Positions 11,302 to 20,000 of a stretch of DNA of 20,000 nt are shown one piece after another. Position numbers and translations under genes: made by a program. Each line of letters starts with the position of its first letter. Position 1 is the first letter of the stretch. Under the pieces are notes generated by a model. The model was not told where the DNA came from. It saw only the letters and a program-made list of their open reading frames with translations, and did no database searches. The stretch comes from Streblomastix strix (taxonomy: Eukaryota): assembly GCA_008636045.1 (NCBI GenBank), contig SNRW01000001.1:54191-74190 (forward strand), written 5' to 3'.

Positions 11302-13695
11302 TCATTTAACCTATGTAGCAGATGCACATTTAATGTATGTTTTAGTTGTTGATTTACAAGTAATAAGTCCAATTAAATAAGTAATTGATAAATAGCCCCC
11401 TTTATCAACAGTGTGATTCGGAAATGGTATATATGTTATAACAGCTACATCATCCTAAACTAAATAATCAGAATTAAATGTTCCCATATTATAATTTCCT
11501 CCATTAGCGAGTAATGAAAATATATAAAGATTTCCAATTCTAATTAATTTAAATTATATTACTGCACCATTCATATTACTAAATGCAGTTGATGACAAAT
11601 CTTCAATCCCACCAAATGTTAATAATAATCTATCTCCACCACCTGCTAGAAGAACTGATGTATCATCTTTACCTGTTTTCACAAATCCTGTAGCACTAAC
11701 ATTTGCATTGAATGTCTTAGTTCCAGTTATTGATTGAGTTGTATTTGTAATAACAACATTAGTTAGTTTAGCGTCAATTTCTGACTAAGACAAATATGTA
11801 TTAGCTACAGAATCCTATGTTTCATCCTGATAGTCAAATGGACTTACATATTTTAATCTTCCAGTAATGGTTTATTAAATTGAACCTTCCAATCTTACAA
11901 ATTTATTATTTGCTTCAGTTTGTGAATTAGTTTATGTTTTTGTATAATAATTTGATAAATCAGTTGGTGCACCAGCGAATTCAGATATTGGTTTTGTTCC
12001 ACCTGCTCCAAGTAATACAACAGTATCATCTGCACCTGATTTGACAAATGATGATCCAGTAATTGTAGACATTCCATCGATAGAACTTACGAATCTACAA
12101 GCATTATTGAATGTTTTATTTGCATTTATTGTCTATGAAGTACCTAAGGTAATATAATTAGATTGTTCGGTTGTATCTGCTTTCTCACCTAATAATTCAT
12201 CTGTTTTTGTTTTATTGTAATAATCAGTCAAATCAACATCTCCTACATCAACCTATGATACTAAATAATCAATTTCTGTTTTGGTATATGTTGTTGATTA
12301 ATTTGCTCTATAATATAAGAGATTATTTGTCTCACCTTTAGTGTATGAATCAATCAATTTTGTTTTATCAGCTTTCAATAATAAGAGTGCATCATCCTCT
12401 GATTTGGAAAATGAAGCACTTTAAATATCTGCAATTGATCTAACTCCTCCACCCGCACAAACAGCAAATGTATTATCATAGGTTTAAACCATGATTCCAA
12501 CTGAATGTATTGTTGTATTAAATGTCTTTTAACCACTAATACTTTGATCATAATCTGTATCAACTAAATTTTTATTTTTTGCTGGTGTTAATGTGTTTCC
12601 ATCAATTGATATATCAGTAATTGCATTACCTCCTCCAGTAGCTGTTCAAAGAGTTGTTATAACATTACTCATATCAGGTAGTTCAGTTTCTAATAATTTT
12701 AAATCAGTTCCATCCCACCAATAATCCGTTACTTCCTTATCAACAATATATAAATTATCTCCAATTACTAATTTTGCAACGTTCTCTTGATCAGTCATCC
12801 AATCATTCAACTCAACTTACGTAGAGAACACATATGCTTTTGATTTTCCAGTAGCAATATCTCTAATTTCTTATAATTTTGGTTGAGTCACTAACGAACT
12901 TACTAACATATCTCTTCCACCAGCAAGAAGAATAGATGCATCACTTTTACTCAATTTCGATACGCTGGAAACACTAATTACTCCGAATTATTTTTATCCT
13001 GTTATTGTTTGAGCTGATGTTAAATCAACATAATTCGTTAAATCGGTAACGTTAGCTTTGAATAATAAGAGAGCATCATCTTCAGATTTGGAATATGAGT
13101 CAATTATATCAGTTTTATCAGCTTTTGCATCGAGTAATACATCATCTTCTGTTTTGGAATATGAATCAATTAATTCAGTTTTATCTGCTTTCAACAACAG
13201 TAGAGCATCATCTTCTATATTTGAATAACTATCCACAATATCTGCAACATTAGCTTTCAATAGTAGTAATTCATCATCTTCTGTCTTTGTATAAGTATCA
13301 GTTTTATCTGCTTTCAACAACAGTAGAGCATCATCTTCTGTCTTGGAATAACTATCCACGATATCCGCGACATTAGCTTTCAACTGTAAGAGAGCATCAT
13401 CTTCTTATTTAGTGTATGAATCAATTAATTAAGTTTTATCTGCTTTCTCATCTAACATTGTATCAGCTTCGGTCTTAGTATATGAATCAGATTTATCTGC
13501 TTTTGTATCAAATATTTCATTTGCTTCAAGTCTAGTGCATACATCAGCTGCAGGAGCATTATTTATATTATTAATTTGATTGTTAATATTTGTAACTTAT
13601 TCAATCAAGCCAACAGTATTATGACGAACGTTTCCGAACAAAATCTCATCATGAATTATGAGCACATCTAAAGAGTGTAAGTCTGCATCAGCCAT
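11302..13695 (-). pseudogene. ~800-aa fibre-like protein with tandem shaft repeats and a C-terminal head
   Basis: Single frame from ATG 13695 to TGA 11302 with one internal TGA (12646-12648). KADK..DSYSKTEDDALLLL repeats, and QTITGxKTF...VLLAGGG modules resembling tail-fibre shafts. Confidence 0.8.
13040..13550 (-). repeat. Coding tandem repeat, 57/66-nt units (19/22 aa)
   Basis: About 8 units of KA(D/N)(K/V)xx(xx)DSY(S/T)KTEDDALLLL; further copies near 12180-12420. Confidence 0.9.
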
Positions 13696-13724
13696 TTAAT
13701 TACCAAAAATAATATAGAGTATAA

Positions 13725-14318
13725 TCAATGAATTTGTGATAGAACAGCCATTAACCCTTTATTTGCTGCTGACATTAGTTTAAACAATATATCTCCTATA
13801 TTTAATATACTAGTTATTTTACTAACTTTTTGCAAACTTAACTTATAAGAATCTCTGAGAAGATTGACTTTATCGATATCGAGAGTAAGTATATTTACAT
13901 TATTGATTGTAATATCACTTAATGTTCTAGTGCCATCGTGCATAAATTTACCACAACATCTTTCATCTTCAGTATTAAGTACAACTTAGTTTTCTACTAC
14001 ATTAAATGTATATGTAATTACTCTTATTAATTAATGTTCAGATAACATGAAATGAGCTGATTCTTTAATCATATGTTCATCTTCACTAATTATGTCAAAT
14101 AGCCATCGACATACTGATGGATCAGGTATTATTATTTCTTCAAATATGGATGATCTTCTTCTTGATCGCAACGTTTAAACTTATACTTTATCTTATTCTT
14201 TTTCAAATGGTGAATCAACTTCAACTATTGCAGGAATTATCGGAACAGATAAACGTGGAGACATTGGTTCTCTTTAAATTATTTTTTCAGATGGCGATAC
14301 TGATCTTTTCTATGACAT
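13725..14318 (-). CDS. Hypothetical viral protein, 197 aa
   Basis: Intact TAR=Gln frame MSQKRSVSPSEK...RSRRRSSIFEE...ERCCGKF...LSQIH*. TTATTTTTG lies 10 nt upstream. Confidence 0.7.
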
Positions 14319-14370
14319 TTATTATTACCAAAAATAACTAGTTGATAATCATGAATAAAATGATAAATAA

Positions 14371-15318
14371 ATGGGAGTTTTATCATTTTCATTAGTTATG
14401 GTATTAGTTAACGTATTATATGCACTTGCAGCAATAAGAAATAAACCAATGTTTGCAATAGTAATGAACATTAGTGATGTACCAACAAACATCTCGAATA
14501 TCATTTCATTTATTATTAAAAAGATGCCTCGATAAACTATAAAAATTAATCAATTTACAATCAACTTCACAACTAAATTAATATTTGAAAAGAAACTTGG
14601 AGAAAAGAAATTAATTAGTAATGATGAAACAATGTATTAAAATGTAATTGGTTCTAACATTATTGAATAAGATATATTACCAAAGGATAACATTAATGAT
14701 GCAATTGAATAACTTAAGAATAATAAAGTGCCATTAATTGGCGAATTATATTATTCATTACTTCAGAGAAATACATTTAGGCAATGTAATGTGCATGTTA
14801 GTGATAAGAATAATTCAAAAAAAATCTCTACAGCTAATGTTGGAATTTAACATGAAAACATCGATCCAAATGAACTGTAATAGCTAGTGAACTTCGCTTA
14901 TGAATACGTTGGTGAAGATAAGATAATTGTTATGTTTGCATGCTATCTATTATATGAACGCATTCATCTTCATATTGATGGAAATGGAAGAATGGGAAGA
15001 TTATTATTTCTAGAAAATATATACTAATTGCCTGATTAATTTGTTCTATTATCAAGTACATTACGATATAATAAGTATTCAAGATAAATAATGAATGAAA
15101 TATTCAAACATATCAGCTTTGAAGAAATAATGAAGAAACGCCAGATCAAAAGTGGTGATGCAGCTATATATATAGAAGAGATAAAGGAAGCAGATATGAA
15201 TAGATTTAATGAAATCATTAACTCAAATTAAAGAACTAAGCAATAATACTATACATTAGATTTTGATGATAATACTTGTAAATTAATTATTAAAATATTG
15301 AATGTTATTAATGTGTGA
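14371..15318 (+). CDS. Fic/Doc family protein (AMP transferase-like)
   Basis: Open frame of 315 aa. Fic motif variant HLHIDGNGRMGR (14965-15000), flap-like FRQCNVHV, and SNIIEQ resembling the inhibitory (S/T)xxxE(G/N) helix. Start uncertain (alternative ATGs at 14351/14360 are in another frame). Confidence 0.85.
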
Positions 15319-15542
15319 GTTTGGAACAAGCAGAACGTATTGCAGCAGAACAGCGTTAATGTGCCCAATAACGCTATAGAATACAACGCTAAACCTTCCG
15401 TGCTCAAGCAAACGATTTACAATTACTCTTGATACGACGCCTTCAGAAAATTATTATAAATAACATGCAAGATCTACTTCAAATCAATGATATAATTGAA
15501 CATAATAACACAATGTAAGCAATTGATTTTGATCGATTTTGA
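15315..15542 (+). pseudogene. Small helical protein (~75 aa) lacking an ATG
   Basis: Frame (V)SLEQAERIAAEQRQ...NDLQLLLIRRLQ...AIDFDRF* begins at a GTG overlapping the Fic TGA. Confidence 0.45.
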
Positions 15543-15742
15543 TTAATTTAGAACGTTTATTTTTGGATTAATTCTAGGATTAATTTGTTAGTTAATGTAT
15601 GAGTTAATATATGAGTTAAAGTTAATATTCAAGAGATGTGTCGAAATGAGGTGAATTGGCCATGAGCATCGAGTGAATTGAGTTGAAAAATGTATTACAC
15701 TTCGAATAAGTTGGAGCTACAGAGATTCGCATTAAATTCTCT

Positions 15743-15778
15743 AAATGCATCGAGTGCATTGAGTGCATTGAGTCAGAG
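15743..15778 (+). repeat. Left arm of an internal inverted repeat built of 9-nt GAGTGCATY units
   Basis: aaatgcatcgagtgcattgagtgcattgagtcagag matches the reverse complement of 16475-16510 at 33 of 36 positions. Confidence 0.9.
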
Positions 15779-16080
15779 TTCGGCTATCTAATTTGGTGGA
15801 CAGTTTGACATTTGGACAGTTAATTCAATATTGGATATTATCGTTTATTATCCCACAGCGCTAGCACACACATCTAGTTTACAATCTAGCTGTCTCGAAC
15901 TGTCCTGCTAAATCAATTTGAAATACACCGACCTGATGCACCTATTTATTTTTGACTCATTTCTCCACAATTCCTTAATTCTACACTTTTATAATGAAAC
16001 ATTTATCTTTGCATGGAACTCAACACTATCGATAAAATCATTCTAAACATTTATCATTGAAGCATTTACAAAAATAAATC

Positions 16081-16396
16081 TCAATCTTATGTATTCACAT
16101 TTATCATTGGAGTTATCCTCATCTTTCTTCAAATAATATCTTGATTTAACAAATGGTTTACCATTCTTAGTTAAGTATTTTCTATCTAGTTTGTTGAACA
16201 TTAATACAGCGAATTCGTTTAATTACATATATCTTGGTTAAAGATTCATTACTTGTAAGAACCTTCTTCCATTTATGAATTCATCTTCATGGCTTTTAAT
16301 AATTTAATCTAGAAATTGATTGCTATACTCTAGATACTAAGATCTTTAATCACGTGGAGCATATGGATTATCATATTCAATCTTGCGTTGTTTCAT
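16081..16396 (-). CDS. ~105-aa stand-alone paralogue of the D5 helicase C-terminal (winged-helix-like) domain
   Basis: ATG 16396. LDQIIKSHEDEFING...QPRYMQLNEF...RYYLKKD aligns by eye with the helicase tail VDEVIINHFKSFRDG...KPQDMKLNNY...IYKMKEE. The end is uncertain: the TGA at 16081 needs a 1-nt shift, otherwise the frame runs to TGA 15773-15775. Confidence 0.55.
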
Positions 16397-16474
16397 TTAT
16401 ATTAAACTAAATATAAAACATTTAATGATAAAACTGTCCAGCTGTCTTACTGGCCGATATCTTTTTGGTTGACC

Positions 16475-16510
16475 CTCTGACTCGATGCACTCAATGCACC
16501 CGATGCACTT
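16475..16510 (-). repeat. Right arm of the internal inverted repeat
   Basis: Reverse complement of 15743-15778 with 3 mismatches. Confidence 0.9.
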
Positions 16511-16565
16511 ATTTATTTCAATCAATTTCTCTATGATTATAGAGCAAAAATAAATCCTATCAATT

Positions 16566-18480
16566 TCATTCTTATTCTATACCATCTTTTGCTTATTTAT
16601 TTAATTATTCTTCTTTAGCATCTTCTTTAATATCTTCATCTAACATGCGTTTATAAAATGATATCAGTTCTTCTTTCATTTTATAGATAAATTTACGTAC
16701 TCCATCAACTTATTTCTGTGTTCTTTCACATATACTTTTGATTGCTAACTAATAATTATTCAACTTCATATCTTATGGTTTTCATCCTTCAACAATACTG
16801 CATGTAACACCATCTCTAAATGATTTGAAATGATTGATAATTACTTCATCAACTGGTGATACTGATGCTCTTATTATATCTTTCTTTGCTTATGTCATTG
16901 GTATATCTCTTGGATTAAATTAACTAATATCTCTAGTCAAAAAGAATATGAATAAATTATTGTAAAAATCTTCATCGAAGCTATTGCACAAGTTAGTGAA
17001 ATACTTCAAATCTCCACGATGAACTGGATGACATTTGCATACAACATAGCGTCTATCACTATTCTCAATCTTTAATGGATAGATATTATTTGTAACAATC
17101 ATTACATTCACTATATTCTCAACTTCATGCTTAGGAACAGATTTCTCATTAATCACAAATGAATCTTCAGTAATTATTGATTTTAATTCATCCATATTAG
17201 TCATTCTTGAATCTCCAAAGTTCTTCATTTCATTCGCAATTGCTAACATCTTATTCTCGATAGCAGTATTGAACTTACCTACAAAATCATCGATATCAGT
17301 AATATTTTTTAGATGAATATCCTGCTAATAATTCACATAAAACATTAGTAAAAACATTCTTACCTATTCCTTATAATCCTTTAAGAATAATAGCTGTTTC
17401 AGTTTTCTTTCCAACATTTTGCACAATGAATGCAAACAAATTCAATAAATATTCATGCACTCGTTCATCATTTGCTGAGATTGTATCTTTCATTAACGTT
17501 AGGAATTATTCTATTTTTGTCTAATTCACTTCATCTAGTTGAGTATATTTGAATCCCTAGAATACACTGAATATCTTTTGGTTATCGCTAATAAATTTTA
17601 TACCTAACTTTTCGAATAATGAATGATATTGTTCTAATGCATCAATCCCAGTTATATGTTACTTTCCATCAGCTCACAATCTAATTGAACGTAATTAATC
17701 ATAGATAGCTGACTTACTCTTATAATTTATTACATTTTTCGCAATGAAACAATTGTATTCTTTGATGATGTAACACCATCCATTCTAACAAGGTATAATA
17801 CTTATTATTTTTAACAAATTTTATGCGACTAACTCTAATTTATTCTAATATTTTCCATTTAATGCTTTGCTTGATACATCCTTTAATGTGAATGAATCAA
17901 TCAGACCAATTTCATTCTTCTCAATCGATTTCACTACTGTTTCTATCTTCTATTATTTCTTTGATTCATATGACTTAATGATTAATGGTTTAAGTGTAGA
18001 TTCATAGTAATCTTTGTTATGTAATTTAATGATTTTCGTTAATATCCATGCATTAGCTTTACTGTAATAACATCCTTTTCTTTCGCTCCAATGTTCACTT
18101 GCTTTAGCTGTTAAATTATTATTCATCTATACTGTTGAATATGCTGCTTCTTTATATTGCTCGCCTAAATGTTGTAATCCATTAAGTCCCATGAATAAAG
18201 ATAGTAAGCTAATTTCACGCTCTAATGCGTTTGTATCATTGTGAATTGATAATCCTTTTAACCCATCAATACATGCATCTGCAATATCTTTAAGCATTTG
18301 ATCAGGAGTGCAATCATCATTAATTATGCAAAAATCTTTATCTTTTGCTGTTAAATCAAGGTTCCATTTACCAAGAATATCAAATAATGAAGCTAGATGT
18401 GTTGCATTAGACCAATTATTAAATTCTTTAAAATGAAGTATCTCTTTCTTTTGTACTCCTTTATGGGTCAATATCAACCT
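16566..18480 (-). pseudogene. D5-like primase-helicase (superfamily 3), 5'-truncated
   Basis: Walker A GLQGIGKN (17356-17379), Walker B LAIANE, motif C MIVTNN, and SDRRY. +1 frameshift in the T6 run at 17305-17310; TGA at 17674-17676 and 16782-16784. No in-frame start ATG or primase motifs upstream of about 18480. Confidence 0.9.
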
Positions 18481-19730
18481 ATATAATTCATCTTTGAGCT
18501 AATAGATACATTTAATATATTAAATTTCACTGTTTTCTGTGAAATTAATAAAATATAAAAATACTGCCTATTCATCGAGAAATTAGAATTTTTGTCAAAA
18601 AATGTTATTTTCACATTCAGATATTAAATTTCATTATAAATATAAAAACTTAAGTTAAAAACATAAAATTAATGTTTATAGTCAAAATAAAAATTAAATA
18701 AATTTCTTATTCAAAAGTTACTTGAATTGGAAATTATATAGCAGAGCTCGTATAACATCATCCGCTGTGTTAAAACACTCAAATTTATAATAATTTATCT
18801 TTAATATTTTTATATAGATAATATTCAATAAATATTCTACATTTTATATTGATACGACAGAAAAAATCATAAAATATTTTATTTTTCAAAATTTACATTT
18901 TGTACATAATCAAGTGCAACACAAATGTAACTAAATATTTTAAATATTATTTTAAACAAATATATATGAGCAAATATTATTTTACTTTACTATAACTCGA
19001 ACAATAATATTTTTACATTTTCTCGTTGATTATATAGTATATTATTATATATTTGATAAATTTTATATTGCTATATTTATTTACATATAATTATAATGTA
19101 ATATCCGACAGATCGATACCACATGGTGCGCAAAGCGAGGGATAAATGCAAAAATGGAAAGGTTCATATCCTTATACCTGGTATGTATATTATATTTTAA
19201 ACTATAAATTATTATATAATCAATATATATCTTTATTATTTAATATAATTCATTTTAATTGTTATAATTATTTACTGCAGAAATTGAGCTATGAAAAATT
19301 TTGTAAAATTTTCATTGTATCGTGGAGGTTCAGTTGTTTTATTTTATATAAATTTATACATTTTTTATTTATTTAATGTTAATTATGATTTTTGATGTAT
19401 TAATTTCATATATTTTTTATCCTGTACTCATTTTAATGAAATTTTTTATTTTTGATAAATTTTAATACAATGCACCTTATTTTATAATTTAATCCACACA
19501 AAATAATTTTCAATACTTTATTATATTTACATATTTTTTATTTGTTATAATAAATTGTTTCAAAATCGTAACGAAAAACCGATTTTAATTATTTAATGAA
19601 AAATTTTAAAAAGTGGTTTTCTCCCTGGTCAATGATTTCCGGCATATAAAACTAATTTCACGGAAAATAAAATAATTAAGTATATAATATTATTTAATAA
19701 AAACATATATAAATTAGGTCGGTTGGCAAT
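18481..19730. other. Very AT-rich non-coding spacer (probably host DNA or a non-viral insert)
   Basis: Abrupt loss of protein-like frames, with long A/T tracts. Confidence 0.55.
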
Positions 19731-19733
19731 GGC

Positions 19734-20000
19734 CCATATGTTATGCTAATAGGTTTTTCAGTATCAATTCCTCCGGATAATTTACTCATATTATCTGCAT
19801 TTTCTGAATATCCTAATAATATATTTGGTGATATTAAATTAAATTCAAGATTAATCCATGCGCATTCGTATTCGGCTACGTAGATCAAGTAATATCTATG
19901 GCAAAATATTATATAATTAATAAAGATGAATTATTGAGTTATGGTCAAAATAAACTTAAGGATATTGATCTGTTCTTCAGCAACTGGTTTCTCGCATTTT
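19734..20000 (+). pseudogene. Fragment of a second, diverged major capsid gene; runs off the window
   Basis: PYVMLIGFSVSIPPDNLLILSAFSEYPNNIFGDIKL/KFKINPCAF...KDIDLFFSNW is homologous to 8643-8377 (minus strand). 1-nt frameshift near 19842; 5' part absent. Confidence 0.85.

Larger units (their letters stand above)
1..18480. mobile_element. Endogenous Polinton/Maverick-like dsDNA virus (degenerate, TAA/TAG=Gln code); continues past the left edge and is truncated on the right
   Basis: Co-occurrence of pPolB, A32-like ATPase, capsid-like gene, fibre genes, KilA-N and D5 helicase. Genes are tightly packed, mostly on the minus strand, with no introns needed to explain them. Confidence 0.9.

Noticed and set aside
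13040..13550. CRISPR-like array
   Set aside because: The units are in-frame coding repeats without unique spacers.
4002..15218. Other short track ORFs (4002, 4044, 7959, 8484, 9347, 10897, 11895, 12375, 14117, 15036)
   Set aside because: They are off-frame or antisense to longer table-6 genes with recognisable motifs.
15913..16065. 50-codon minus-strand ORF after a TTATTTTTG motif
   Set aside because: It has a TGA at codon 4, is short and has no recognisable motif; it cannot be supported as a gene.
15743..16510. Terminal inverted repeats of the virus
   Set aside because: They are only about 700 bp apart and have viral genes on both outer sides.
1090..17676. TGA also reassigned to an amino acid (no dedicated stop codon)
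   Set aside because: Internal TGAs are rare, their contexts imply different residues (Arg, Trp, Gly), they co-occur with frameshifts, and TGA cleanly ends the genes.
19146..19376. 76-aa plus-strand ORF in the AT-rich spacer
   Set aside because: Low-complexity Y/F/I/L composition expected from AT-rich non-coding DNA; no motif.
1..20000. Retroviral-type integrase, tyrosine recombinase or adenain protease
   Set aside because: No matching motifs were found in the frames read; they may lie outside the window.

Overview
AT-rich eukaryotic DNA that only makes sense when TAA/TAG are read as Gln and TGA is the sole stop (translation table 6 type). The supplied standard-code ORF track therefore shows only fragments. 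Retranslated by hand, about 1-18480 is one gene-dense, decaying endogenous Polinton/Maverick-like virus. It carries a protein-primed PolB (with vOTU-like, Zn-finger and inserted HNH domains), an A32-like packaging ATPase, a KilA-N protein, a probable major capsid protein, a possible penton, an amphipathic small protein, two fibre/spike-like proteins, a Fic-domain protein and a 5'-truncated D5/SF3 helicase. It also has an inverted-repeat-flanked cassette encoding a stand-alone copy of the helicase C-terminal domain. A TTATTTTTG motif sits at most gene boundaries. About 10 premature TGAs and several 1-nt frameshifts show the copy is degenerate. After about 1.2 kb of AT-rich non-coding DNA, a second, diverged capsid-gene fragment starts in the opposite orientation. 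The host is probably a TAR=Gln protist such as the oxymonad Streblomastix (inference, not verified). No integrase, maturation protease or terminal repeat was found inside the window.
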